From Neoechinorhynchus agilis (Eukaryota; Animalia; Acanthocephala), in the NCBI GenBank assembly GCA_051530055.1, contig CM121341.1:10766784-10830783 (forward strand): DNA of 64,000 bases, given 5' to 3'. Both the position numbers and the translations under genes were made by a program. The stretch's first letter is position 1. Every line of letters begins with the position of its first letter. This document shows positions 1 to 13,084 of this stretch, piece by piece. The notes beneath the pieces are model-generated. The model was given only the letters and a program-made list of their open reading frames with translations. It did no database searches and was not told the origin of the DNA.

Positions 1-410
1 GGCCTAGTTTTGAATTTAAGAAGTTTAAATTCAAATTTATCGACTCGGGAAGCATAATAAGCTGAGTTTTTGAATTTGACAGCGTTATAATTAAAATTTT
101 ACGCCGAGGTTCAAGAACTAATTTCGATGTCCATAAAACTTGAGTAGTCAATGGCCCAGGTTTGAATTTAAGTAGGGGCTTTAAATTCAAATTTGTCAAC
201 TCGGGACGTGTAATATGCTTAGTTTTTGAATTTCATAGCGTTACAATTAAAATTTTACGCCGAGGTTCAAGAACTAATTTCGATTTCCATAAAACTTGAG
301 TAGTCAATGGCCCAGTTTTGAATTTAAAGACGAATTTAAATTCAAATTTATCCACTCAGGACGTGTAATATGCTGAGTTTTTGAATTTAATAGCGTTACA
401 ATTAAAATTT
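1..410. repeat. ~155-bp tandem (satellite-like) repeat, ~2.6 copies, runs off the window start
   Basis: GGCC(T/C)AG(T/G)TTTGAATTTAA starts at ~1, ~153 and ~309; AAAATTTTACGCCGAGGTTCAAGAACTAATTTCGAT recurs 156 bp apart. Confidence 0.9.
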
Positions 411-3229
411 TATTTCGAGAACATATCGATTCAGAATTGTTTCATAGATGTTATGAAAAACCTCGCCGTAAAACCGTCGAAGAGCAAACCATAAATTATT
501 ACAGGCTAACCTAGTTTTTAGCTAACGGTTTACTGATCCGCCTAAAGCTCCAAAATATTCTTTGCCACAGTCATAAGAGCATTCCGAACTCTCAAATTAA
601 ATTTGAAAAAAAACTCGATCGCTATCCTTTTTCAGAAATATCCTCTTCGTTATTCCCATTAGCAAATCTTTTTATCCTGGTAGCACATATCCCTAAATCG
701 ATGCGCGCAAATGTTTCATGCCCTAGTGATTATTCAAGGCAAGCTCCATGGTCTTTTTTATAATTCAATTCTCTCGAAAATTCATTACACAGTGTCTATG
801 ATTCTTGTTGAAGAACAAAAAGTTTATTACAGCGGCATGCAGTTCCAATAAGTTAAGAATTAAATTCATCTTTAATTCTGACAAACTTTATGAAGTGCAT
901 TCAAGTCGAGGAAACCCCCCTTCCTATGGCTTTTGTTACTTTGTGCGTTAAAGTGAAAGCTTTTTCTCATAAGTTTAGCGTTTGTCTGGCTCTTCACAAT
1001 TCGCACGAATCGCAGCCACTCACAGCGAACAGAATATTGATGGCGCATATCGCTGGCGCCTGGTGGTTGATAGTGGAGAAGAAGGTGCTCAAATTGCTCC
1101 AAATATCGATTAGAATTTCACATAGACTTATGGTGAAACTCGGATTACGAAGACCTGATTCTGAGCTATAAATAATGTTCTCTAGGTTTACCGTTCATCA
1201 ATTAAAATTTAGTCCGCCAATATTATGCAATATTCGGTTATTAAACTGCTAAGAAAATAAAAAATATCCCCAAGGAATGGCATTTATGCCAATTGTATTT
1301 AGGATAGGAAATCCTATAATTTCGGCATTTTTCTATTATGCTACTTTTACATGCTGCCAATTGGAAATACTTTGAAGAAACATCTTAAGAAACGCAAAAT
1401 CATTTCACCATCGAAAATGCGCAATAGTGGCCGCCAAATCGTCTTAGACATAATTTGACTGTAATTTAGCCAAACGAGATTCCCTGGCAATTAAAAGAAG
1501 TTCGGTTTAAAGCGTATCAAAAATGGAACTTTAAATAGTCGTTGACAGTTAGAATTAAACAGCACCATCTCACTCACCATAGAAGCTCGCTAATATTGGG
1601 TTTGACAAGTTTTGCTTAAAAAGTTACGGTATGCAAACCGTTGTCAAATAACCACCAATTTCATTCAAAAGAACACAATCGATTCTAGGCAAATTTATTC
1701 GTTTAAGCATAAACCAACGCTCCTACCTGCCATCCGCATCCCACGCAAGTTGACTGTGTTAAATTATGCACGAGATATTTTTAAAGCTAATAGTACATGT
1801 TGCTAACCTCGTTTGTGCTTAGGGCCCTTAAATTTATGGGTGTTTCGGAATGAATAGGTTTCATGGTATTTTAGTACACGTTAAACGTTCTTCTCTTTTA
1901 CCAATTGGTTATAAAAGCTCCATTCACATTTGTACTCACTGTGAATATAAAGAAAAGGTCCTGTGAGATACAGCGCGTTAATGTTGTATCCCAAAATGTG
2001 GAAAGGTAAGATTATTTCTACAGAACTAGAGAAATTCAACAAGAGCCACCTCTTTTTATGATTATATAGAAGTGAATTCCGAATTTTTTAAAGACCTTCG
2101 AACCTCGTCATTTTCATCATTTTTCAGTTTGTTAGTTATTGAAAGATGAAGGGTGAGGTTTGCTGATTGTCTTTAGTGCAAAAAAGTATTTACCGGGTTA
2201 ACACTTATCGACAGAAGTAAAATCCGATTAAAGGTTTAAAATAATCTCACGCAATCGATTTTTTTTATTTGTTCGCAAAAAGTATATTCGCTTGCTGTAA
2301 ATTCTAAAAAGGATTGCAATTTTAGATCTACCGTTTAAACTTATAAAAAATTTAATAAATAAAATACCAATTTTAAAGTTACGATGAACTTTAGTGTTTT
2401 AATTCTTTCAAAAGTTTTAAAAACTGTTTAAGATTTGTTGATGTTTACTTGTGGCACAATGGTTTTAAGTGTTTAAAAGATTGTTTTTACTAATATTCGG
2501 CTTGATTTAGAAATAAGCAGTACTCAAAAGAGATAACCCGCAATATTTTTGAGCACATTTCCGCTACATTTCATTGCTTCTTTACCATTTTTCACATAGT
2601 GGCTTGCATCTATGAATCACGTTCACCGAAGCGTATTTCACTTCTATATTATTTTTTATAATAACCAAATACGACTAAGAAAAGTAAGACCAAAAAATGA
2701 TGCATTCAAAATCTCGGTTAAAGATAAAATCCATGAGTATGTGGAAGTTTGGGAAATTTTATATCAAAGAATCACTTAAATTCACAGCTGGAAAAAAACT
2801 TGCAAACAATAATTTGTGATTGGACGAAATATTTCAATTAAAGTGATTCTTGGATACATAATTTTCCCCACTTCCACATCAAAATCTCGGTACAAAGGAG
2901 GGTAACCATGATCTCATTTCTAAGGCTTTGTCTCTAAAATAGAATACCTAAATGGTTATCGCGATGTTGTCACTCGTTTATTCGCTTGCTCTGGTGCAGC
3001 CACTACCACCACCACCACGACTGCCAAAAGCAATATATATATATAGATATGTGTGAAGCACAGCACTCAGTAGACGGTCTTGGCTGCTTTTTCTCAACCT
3101 TTTAATTCCATAACGTTCGTGCCGGCACAAGTCAATTTGTTCGCGTCGCTCTCTCCACACACATCTCAATCTGTCTAGTGAGTGAAAGCAGCCACTATAA
3201 ATTCATCGGATATAATATAGATTAAGACT

Positions 3230-3864
3230 ATGGGCAATACCAAAGGGAAGATGGGATATTCATCTAGCGTTTCAAAAAGCCGTTCACAAAATGATCCAGA
3301 AATGACTAAGTATATTAATGGTTTTGTGATGCGTTTAAAGTAACCGACGCGTTCTCAAGCGCTGCTGATTTAGTGATTGATCAACAATCGGTTCAGCATA
3401 TAACAGTTTCAACCCAAAGTCGCACAATGAACGCAGCTGCTAGAAAAATGATCATCTCAAGCGACAACAACAAAACACAAATCCAATATGAATTTCCAGT
3501 TGTTCAAAAAAAGAAACAAAATTTTGTGTCTCTCTGCTGCTTCAAGTGGTTCCATCGTGGAGGAAGCAGGAAATGCAAAGTGCTTGGACGAAATGCAATG
3601 AACAACCCTGCCAATGGAGCGAGAGCACTGGCAAGAGGTTCTTTAAATGATGAAGATACCTCTGATTTTCCTATAAAGTCGATTCGAATCTGTAGACCTT
3701 CCAATGATCTTAGCTCAGCCGTTTTCGATTCTCAATATAATATCGTAATTAACCCTGATCACCAATATTCTCAGCAAATAACGGAGCCACATGAGACGGA
3801 AAATGCAAATACCACCGCGGACAACTTCGATGACCGCACCAATATTGCCAGTGACAAGCCTTAA
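3230..3864 (+). CDS. Possible host gene of unknown function (probably spliced; MG- start)
   Basis: ATG at 3230 (MGNTKGKMG...) followed by the 163-aa ORF 3373-3864 in another frame; joinable by GT-AG 3321-3340. No recognised domain. Confidence 0.3.
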
Positions 3865-4609
3865 CAGTTGAACCGAACTCTATTGGTCTTTGTAAAAATC
3901 ACACACTAAAAATCAATCTTTTTGAAATGGAGATCAAGAGAGCGGGCGCTAAAGGACATGTCTCTTGTTGCATGGTCTTGGGTGCTCAAATTAAGAAAAA
4001 TTGAAAATTTTGAAAAAAAACGCCTTTTCATTCTCACAGATCAATGATTTGCTTCCCTCCTTGAAAGACGAAATTACATTCTTCAATGAGAGGTCCTTAA
4101 GGATTTTTTATGGCGGAAATTTTAAAGGGATTTATTAAATCCGATATTTCGGAGGCATAATCTTGCACTCATTTATCACAAGGATGCTTGTAAGTTTTTT
4201 TATGCATTATCAGTTGAAAAGCAACCTTGATAAAGACACGCGATTGTGCCGAAATATTGGATTTAATCAATTCCTTTAATGTTTAAGCCAACGAAAAGCC
4301 CAAAAATAGGTGAGTAATGATTATAGCTGCAAACCAAACAGTCACAATTAGTTTATGACATTTGTGAAGCTTATTCGCCAATTTGGGAATAACAGGGAAG
4401 ATAAATACGTGACTTTTCTGTTTTAATAATGCTTTATGGAGCAAAAGAATGGGAATGTTAGAAATTCGTGGTTCCATCATGATCAGAAATATATTCTTGA
4501 AAGCAAAATATCTTCTGGTTTGATTTCAATTTATCTTTTAAGAAACATAAGGTAACGATACGATAAGCGATAAAAGATCCAGCTAAAGTAACTACTAAGA
4601 AAGCTACGG

Positions 4610-6940
4610 TTGATGCCTTCTCCACCGCTGCCATCATCCTCTGCAGCTCTGAATTCGATCCATCACATCATGCACTCCTCCCTCGAGGATAAAATCGCAC
4701 CATTTTTATTTCTGGTATACCTGAAGCCCCTGTTACAAACCCTGTCGCCGCTGATGCACACAACCGCCACCAAATCCTTCGAATCGGTCAACTCCTTTTC
4801 CCCGACATTTACTCCACTATTCCTCCTCCATCAACAATTATGCGCATTTCCTCCAAAAATCCCTTTAACCCGAGACCACGTCTCGTCAAAGTAACTTTTA
4901 TTTTACCATTCGTAGCCTCCCTCTTTCTTAACAGGAGACACAGAGTCCTCACTTCACAACCTTCTTTTCGTCGCTGTACACATAAGAACTCAACATCATT
5001 CCACCGTCCCTCCAAACTCAACAATGTAACCCGTCACTTTTAGCAAACAATCGAGAACATCTCCACCATCCCAAAAACTCGAAAAGTAAGTGATTTCCCA
5101 ACTTCTTTGACTACGTGCAACTCCGCCGGAGCCCGAATAACCACAAAGGTCAATCTCCTAGCCGTTCCACATTAATTACTCTCTTTTTCCCGAATCAAGT
5201 AAATAATTATTGCTCTTCCCCTACTCAAAATCGCCATAAATCGGCCCATCCAACCGTAGCTGGTAAATACAAAGTTCCAACCCTAAACTCATTTCTATCA
5301 TTGCCAATCACTCATCCCAACTCACACTTTCGATTCGCCCCCGGACTTCTATCTTTGGGATAATCAATCGTTCGATATCGGCATCCCGTAACGATTCCCC
5401 CCTTAATCCGCCACCCGCAATGAACAATGCAACCCCAATCTCTTTCACTTTCGTCCCTGGTTTCCGAAATCCAAAATTCCCTTCCCCACGGCAATCTACT
5501 CCAATACTCGTAACCTCCTTGCTAAACTGGATGAAATTTCACTCACTTCATCTACCTCAAAAGCCGACGTAGTCATCTTAACAGAAACGTGGCTTAACCC
5601 CTTCAACAGCGACTCAGCCATCCTTCCCGGGTACTCTTCCTTCCATACATTCCGCGATCGCTACCATACTCTTTATCTCGTACCGGCTCTCTTCAAAACC
5701 CCGATCTTGAATTCATCGCAGTCCATTTCATAGCTCCTCTGAGAAACGGCCTTAGAGAATTCACAAATTGCTGGCGTCTTTCGCCCTCCGGCCTCTCGAC
5801 CTGAGTCCTCCTTGCTCCAAATTGACTCTATGATGGAGCTCATTGACTCCAAAAATTCGCACCATTTCTTAATTGCAGGGGATTTCAATAATCTATTTCC
5901 TCTTCTCCCCTTCACCGAGTTGCGTCGACGTATTGACTTCCCAACTCGTATTGACGCTCACCTCGACGAAGTGTTCACAAATATCGACACCTACTCATCC
6001 GCCTTTAGACTCTCTCCCCCTCGAACTCTGACCACCCTTCTGCCCTTATTACTCCCTCCACCCCACCTCAACGTATGAAATCTCCCCGTTTACCCGTCTG
6101 GGATAGGACTCTCTTGGTCTACGCCATCCGGATCCCTTCTCTAATTTGTTCTCCACTGATTTAAAACAGGCTCTAGATTCCATTAATCAGAATCTCTGGC
6201 CTGATTCAATCTACAATCAATGCTCAACATCAATCTTCACACAATTTTTCACGCCCACACCTGAAACCTTTGTCAACTCGCCGATAATCCTCTCAGTTTA
6301 GTCATATGAAGTACTAAAGTATCGCACAAAATTACCTAAAAATTCGTCATCTCAATCCGAAATCCTTGACTGGGCTCTTCGCTGCATCATTCCCGAACTC
6401 ATCGACCCTCTTACCCACATTATAAGCCTCAGCTTTTTATACGGCATCTACCCCTCATGCCTGAAAACTGCTAAAGTGATCCTTCTTCCAAAAGAGGGCA
6501 TCCTATTTCGGCCGAATCATCCCGTCCAATATCCATTCTACCCTCTTCTTCAAAAATTATCGAAAAATGTTTTAAATCTCGCCTAAAGACCCAATCACCA
6601 CCCTACCTCTCCCTTTCCTTTACCTCTAAAGAAATCACACTCATAAAAGATTTCTGCACCAGTCACAAACTCCACCTGAATTTCTCTAAAATGCGTCGAA
6701 ATGATCGCTTTATTCTCCCGCAGCCCTACATTCTACCTCGAGCTTCTAAATGACATCCTACGAGTAACCTCCCTAAGAATTCTGGGTATCCAATTTCAAT
6801 CAAATGTGAAATGGGACTCCACATCACTCTCTCCCGTAAGCCTCTTAAACGCCTCCGGCATTTAGGAATCCCTTCACACGATCTATTTAAATTTTACTTC
6901 TGCTTTATCTTACCCTCCCGCACCTACGGTTATCCCGTTT
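4610..6940 (+). mobile_element. Degenerate CR1/L2-like LINE (ORF1 remnant, APE endonuclease, partial RT)
   Basis: Translations: YSNTRNLLAKLDE..ADVVILTETWL (~5495-5595), AGVFRPP, HFLIAGDFN, FPTRIDAHLDEVFTN, then PLTHIISLSF..YPSCLKTAKVILLPK and an RPISIL-like motif (~6400-6550). Many frameshifts; C-rich sense strand. Confidence 0.8.
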
Positions 6941-6980
6941 TTATAATGACACATTTTATTTATTGATTCACAAATAAGAG

Positions 6981-7499
6981 GAACCATGTACCTTTTGGTC
7001 CTCACAAACACACAGATATTCTGTTTTTGTATGTCCGTTCGGGTTGGAATGCCCGGTCTGGGGATGTCCGTTCGTGAGGGAATTTTTGGATCTCAAATCC
7101 ATCGTCTTGAAATGTTTCATAAAAGAGCATCTAAAATTTGCAATGCTTTGATAATATTTTTATAAACCAAACAAAACGCTTATCAACCCTTACCACATAT
7201 TGCTCATTTTTCTCACGAGAACAACACTCGTAATCCTAATTCGTTTCATCTTCCTTATATCTACGCTACCTTTTCCATGCTGCCCAATCTTCTCGGATAT
7301 CATAATCCTGGAATGAACCTGAGAAAAGACCAATCTTACAAGCGCTTCTGTAAGCAATAAACACCAGTTTACACCTGAGCGGACCTTCCAACCGGATATT
7401 CTCAAACGAACGGACATCCAGTTACAGGATAATCCCACCCGAACGGACACAAAAAAAAGAATATCTGTGTGTTTATGAGGATCCAAAGGTGTATGGGTC
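6981..7499. mobile_element. MITE-like element with ~65-bp imperfect terminal inverted repeats
   Basis: Left GAACCATGTACCTTTTGGTCCTCACAAACACACAGATATTCT..TGTCCGTTCGGG matches the reverse complement of ~7435-7499 (GACCCATACACCTTTGGATCCTCATAAACACACAGATATTCT..TGTCCGTTCGGG). No TSD found. Confidence 0.75.
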
Positions 7500-7599
7500 T
7501 AATTTTTTAAACCCAAATATCAATAAAACGTGTTATTGCTATAACATATTTGAAAGAAAACTTTAAACAGTCTCTGGTGAATAAACCTGTTTTACACTT

Positions 7600-8645
7600 G
7601 AATAAAGTGTTAAAAGACTCGTCGCTAAAAAGCGTGATTTAAATTTACTTCCATAATTAAGATGTTCAGTCTCAAATTTTGTCTTAGCCAATCCCTTATT
7701 GAGGACTTTGCGGCGTTGGGCATTCAAAAACTTACTGATGAGAAGCGTATCCTAGACAAATTATTGACGCCTCTTAAATGTCCTTGACGATCTCGAGTTG
7801 ATTGAATATTCATCCATGAGTCGAACCTTCATGAAAAATCAACAATGATGGTGAGTTAGAGTTCATGAAAAACATAAGTTTTGCTCATTGGAGATCCAAT
7901 AAAAAAGGAAACGGCAAAGAAGACCAACGGTTCAAAAGATACGTTTCGCTCATTGATAGCTCACGTTTGTAATCATTTTTTTGAAATTTTGATCCTTTGT
8001 GAACAAGCATCACAGAGAGCTCATTGTGTTATGATCTTTGTTATAGTTGAAGAAGTGGCGATCATAATCACTCCCGGATAAAAATTTTTATTAAGATAAT
8101 TCGAGTACCGAACCCAGAAATGAACCCGAGGAAAGACTTAACCTCACAAGTTCTCCTGCAAACAATTACCATCAACATTCCTACCCGAATAGACGTTTCA
8201 ACCCGACCTTTAGTAAATAAACGTGTAATTAATATTGTTTTGCAATTAAGTTTGTTGATCTCCTCTCGAAGTATCTCAATAAAATATTTTCCATCCACGG
8301 AAGGGGGATTATAATCACCACCACATCTCTTGAACTCCATCTCGAATTCCGTTAGAATTTTCTTTAAGATTTAATTATTCCAATGATTAGTATTCTGATT
8401 TCTATAGCATCAAACGAGGAAATTCTTGCCTTAGGGTGTTAAAATACGTCAAATTTTATAAATTATTAAAAAACAAAAGTTTTTGAAAAGATGTTATGTT
8501 GAAAAGATAATTCATTGTTATTTGTCGATAGGAGAGATAAATGAAATTAAGAATTTATTGATTTGATATTTCGATCCACTATCTCGGATCTTCTTCAGCG
8601 ATTGTTTACAAATTCTTAATTTCATTTATCTCTCCAATCGACAAA
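7600..8645 (-). mobile_element. Penelope-like element 5' remnant
   Basis: Hammerhead-like motif at the 5' side (8562-8605); minus-strand remnants VNNLS... and KVLNKGL (~7690-7770) resemble the PLE N-terminal NLS...L.KGL.F motif. Confidence 0.5.
8562..8605 (-). ncRNA. Minimal hammerhead ribozyme motif (PLE-type), stem I degenerate
   Basis: Minus strand CTGAAGA-A-GATCC-GAGATAGT-GGATC-GAAA-TATC: core, 5-bp stem II and GAAA present; proximal stem I pairs poorly. Confidence 0.65.
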
Positions 8646-10434
8646 AAAAGATGTTATCCATAGATTGTTTTTTAATTCAGGGCGAAATAAAGAAAACTGA
8701 ATCTACGCGTGGGACAAACACTAAAAGTGAAGAAAATCCATGCTTTTATCATTCACAATGCACCCTTAAAAGTCCATTAATCCTAAGATCTCCAACGAGT
8801 TCGTTAGTTTTCGCTACTATTTTGTTTTTTGTTGTTGATTGAAGCGTTACGTGCCGGATTCTAGCAAATGAAAACTTATGCGCGTGGCAGTAGACTGAGA
8901 CGGCAGGCACGTTGACGTGCCTCTCGAGCTTCCGGCTGCTGTAGACATTCCTCAAAGAGATTGGCTGCTGCTTCGCGGATATCACATGATCGTGGTTTAT
9001 TGAGTTTTGAAAATAGAAACGAGTACCGACAATCCATTTATTTTTTAAAGTCGGTAAAATGCTTTGACCTGACCACAAGCAAAATTTATTGATGTTTTTG
9101 GTCTTCAAAGATAGATTTTTTGTGAAGCACAGAATGGACATTTGAATAAAAAAGGTTAAATGTTTTGGTGCACAAATGTCACACGCTTAATGCTATCGAA
9201 TCTTCTTATAAAATTTTTTATTCACTAATTTTAGATATCGTTAATTGTCATTTTTACACTTACGACTTGAAAACACAAAAACTACGGATTTTAGTAGATC
9301 AAAATGGCGAAATTTATTGGGAAAACCCTGTTTTTCTTATCAAAAATTTTCATTTAATTCTACTGAAAAACTTAATTTTTAATTTAGTTGTTAATCCCGC
9401 GAAGTATGACAATGTGTATGATAGGTCAAATTTAAAATTTTGCTAAAATTCTTTATATTGGCTGGTTGTGGTTTTTGCATTAATTAGCAGCAAAGACTGA
9501 CGCTTGATTCAAATTGGCGTTACGAACTTTTCAAACTAAAAGAAATAATCAAGTATCCGCTCCAATTTATTCGATTATAAACCATTAAATGGTCAAAATA
9601 CGATGATTTAATTTTGAAGACCTTGTCATCTTCAGCCAAAACACGAAATCCACATTTTAATTCAAATACACGAGTTTAATTTTTGTTTATTTGCAATCCG
9701 TTGTTCTACCAGGGAAATATCAATTTCAAAGTATTATCTTGCCATCAAGTGATGCGTTATGGACGTTTTGCGGAAACTCCTGATTTAAGTTCACTAATTT
9801 ATTTCTCCGATATTTCACCTCGCGGATAATTCCGACATTTCTTCGAGGTTTGCCATTGCTTGTAAGTTTTTAGGAATTATTGAACTCAAATCAGAGGAGG
9901 GAGCAAAACTAGGAAAAAGAAAGTATCTTTTCCCCGAAGACAATAATTCAAGACAAAAAGGATTTTCTGGGCTAATGGTAACAAAATAAAAGTTTTAGCC
10001 ATCGACAATACAAACAGTTCTTATGAGAATTTTCGGAACGTTTTTGGAAATGCAATCGCGAAAATGCTACGATTTTGATTTTTGGTGATTGGCCCGTTTA
10101 TAGGAATTTTTCAGCAAAATGAACTAATTTTTTGGGTTGATAATGTTTCATCAAATAATTTAACAAATTGTTAAAATTGCTTGTAGTTCGTTTCTTTTCT
10201 GGCGTCGAAATTAAAATGATTTTAATTTTAAAATCCGATATTTATCAGTGCGAATTAAACACTTTAACAACCCTGATAAACACGTACAAGATTGCGCCGA
10301 AAACAACCTATATGAGAATTCAATCTTCAAACAGTTCGTTTCTTAAAGCAGCCTTTCGGACTCGTTATTTTATAACAATATTTCCGTTGTGTATTATAGG
10401 ATTGATTTAGATGATGCTCTTCAACTACTTTTAG

Positions 10435-11251
10435 ACGGTTATTATGATAAAGTTTCGCAAGCACTTCCCTGATGTCTCAGAAAAAGTGGAAGCTCGATAC
10501 CGATGCGCGTACCAAGACGACATTCTTCTCCAAGGCATTCTTTATGTAACTCGTCACCGATTTTGCTTCAACTCAACAGTTCTTGGACGACGTGTGACCA
10601 TAAATGTTCCATGGAACCAAGTGCACGACATCCGAAAAGCAAAGATTGCATACATCTTCCCTACTGCAATAGCTTTATCGACTCCAAGTATTCGTTATGT
10701 CTTTGCATCCTTTCTTCAGAGGGACAGTGCTTTCAACACAATCAGAATGATTTTATCGTCCATAACGAATGGCAAAAACATTATGGCTATTGCATCGTCG
10801 TCCACTGTGACCACCAATGAAGTTTTAGATCGCCAGTTAAGTGTTGGAACTGAAAACATACAAAGAAATGACGACGTTTCTAGTTATGCTGATGAGAGCA
10901 GGTCAATGGAAACTTGGACTCGTGATAAAAGTTCCTGATTACACGACTTCGATTTCGACATTCGCTAGAAACCATAACCAATGCTCTTCATTGTCATCAA
11001 TTGATTCCTCGTCCACCACCAGCTCTTCGTCTGTCAGGTCTTCATTCAAACGGAAACGTATTCGAAAAACCCATGTTCATAAATCATCATCACCGGTGAC
11101 TGAACCGAGTCCGGAAACAAAATGGATTGATATCGTCTTGTTCGTTATTATTCTTATGACACTCGTAACTTCCACAATGATGTACGCAAGAGTGGATAAT
11201 CTGGAGAAGTGGTTGAATGAACTTGCCAGAAAGCCGTGTTGGAAATCTTGA
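10435..11251 (+). CDS. GRAM-domain protein with C-terminal TM helix (GRAMD2-like); spliced
   Basis: FRKHFPDVSEKVEARYRCAYQDDILLQGILYVTRHRFCFNSTVLG..IRKAKIAYIFPTAI..YVFASFLQRDSAF fits the GRAM fold. A second frame (to 11251) gives a Ser-rich linker, a TM segment (IVLFVIILMTLVTSTMM) and RVDNLEKWL. The frame change needs an intron of length 3n+1 (e.g. 10902-10968). A 5' exon was not identified. Confidence 0.85.
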
Positions 11252-12444
11252 AACTGAGGAATGGGATGTGTTTGCATAGGTTTAGATGGTAATTAAACAT
11301 TGATGAGAATTCGTGTGATAATCAATCGGAAAAAAATATATTAACAAATTCAAGCGATAAAATCTCGGGATTTTCAATGTTTACTTAAGAAACCCCTATA
11401 AGGACCGTTAATGGTCCGTAAACCCTCTCTATATGAGCCCCGAGATTTATTTCTCATATACCGAAGTATTCTATATCAATTTATATCACAGGCCGCGTTT
11501 TCATCGTGTTTGATTTTTTATTCCTTTCTCAAAAGCGCAAAGTCCATTCCAAATCTTACAGTGAATCCATTTGCACCTCTGAGGTTGCTTTGAGAAAGCT
11601 GGTTCAAATTTTTATACCATACATCCGACCATTTAGTCCTATTTTCACTCTAAAGATACGACTCTAATTACCAAAGGCATTTCAGCAATATTATCGACGC
11701 GGACTTTGTATCCTATTTATAAATCGCTTCAAAATATACCTCGCAAAAATCAATTGAACATGCGTTTTGACGATTAAATATCTCTCGAGTTCCATTTTGC
11801 TGATTATCTTTAGAAGGAATGCTTATATTCGGCATGGGAGTAAAGTCAATAGTGTCGAAATAAATCAAAAAAATCCGCCAGTGAGCAGTACGTTTTGCAT
11901 CACTTTTTGGGGAGTATAAGCGAAAATTTGCTCGATGAATATATTTGGTATTTCTTTAAACGAGCTTCATAAAATCAAAAGCTTTAAAAAACACGACCTT
12001 TGATTATGAGACAGGTATCGGAAATGAGTTAACCCTTGAATACTACTAAAGTTCGCTCGTTTGTCGATGTCCATTTTAATTTATTGCCTCAAGTATTGGT
12101 TATAAATTCTACAGAGAACGTTGTGTTGCATAGCTAATAATTAAAAAGCTGAAATGAAAGCAAATTATGATTTTTTCTAAGATTCGAATGTGCATTTAGT
12201 AAAAAAATTGTTTATTAGCAAGTTGTTCACAATAAACGTATTTTAAATAAAAAACGAATTTTAGTGAAATTCTACGCTCTATTATTGTTGTTATTGCATG
12301 TAGAATTTAAAGGTTTTAAACGAAAAGACGATTGGGAAGTATCAGACAAAACTTGACTGGTGTATTTGATTACAGAAAAAAGGAACAGAACCAAATTTAA
12401 GAAAATCTAAGAATTTTAATCGGTAGCAATACGAAAAAGAATTA

Positions 12445-12744
12445 TTATTCCAAAGATTGAGATGGATCGTTGTTTTTGATTTTCAGATACCTGCTATACA
12501 GTTTAGCGGCGTCCGTTTGGAGACTGTTGACTTCGTCAAATAATTGGCTAACATGGTGATGTAAATTATCAATGTTTGATACGCGAGAAAGATTATCCCC
12601 TTTCATTACAGTCGTGTGCAGCTTATTGAGATGCTCTGATAGTTTATTCTGTGATTGGGCGCACTCATCGGCAGCTTTATGCAGACGCTTGAGCTCTTGA
12701 CGGAATCTTTCTTCAGACATTTGGGATAAATCTACAAAGGACAT
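12445..12744 (-). CDS. Snapin/Pallidin-family (BLOC-1/BORC-like) coiled-coil protein
   Basis: 99-aa ATG-started ORF; ELKRLHKAADECAQSQNKLSEHLNKL resembles, from memory, Snapin SQVELREQIDNL and Pallidin LTQNQVVLLDTL; heptad pattern throughout. Confidence 0.5.
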   Translation of the reverse strand: MSFVDLSQMSEERFRQELKRLHKAADECAQSQNKLSEHLNKLHTTVMKGDNLSRVSNIDNLHHHVSQLFDEVNSLQTDAAKLYSRYLKIKNNDPSQSLE

Positions 12745-13084
12745 TTTTATAAGTTTTCATAGCCTTCAAACAGTTGACAGATTGTCATTCAGCATCAATT
12801 TTTTAATTTTTATTTGATTTAGTCTTCTTTCTTTAGACTTCCGAAAGTGTGAGTAATCACAATAGAAAATTTGGTTGCGACTGAACGAAGATCTTTAAAA
12901 GCTGGTCCATCGTCGAGTATTAAAGAAGTCAAAGTTACTTAAATAAAGTCAATTCCTATGAGTATAGCAGTGCGAGGCGTAAGCAAAAGACCAAAATCGT
13001 TTAATTTTTATTTTGAGGTAGCAGTAATTTAGTTCTTCGCAACATTAATGGTAAAATAGAATTTAACAGCTTCCTTCAGTCAAA

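Noticed and set aside
1-410. CRISPR array or telomeric repeat
   Set aside because: Whole units are homologous (no unique spacers), the context is eukaryotic, and there are no TTAGGG-type runs.
872-1171. Coding potential of ORFs near 0.9-1.8 kb (FAVSGCD-like motif in another frame)
   Set aside because: Short, interrupted and not assignable.
8749-9141. hAT transposase fragment (VYCHAHKFSF resembling HCxAHxLNL)
   Set aside because: A single weak motif with no TIRs or other transposase motifs.
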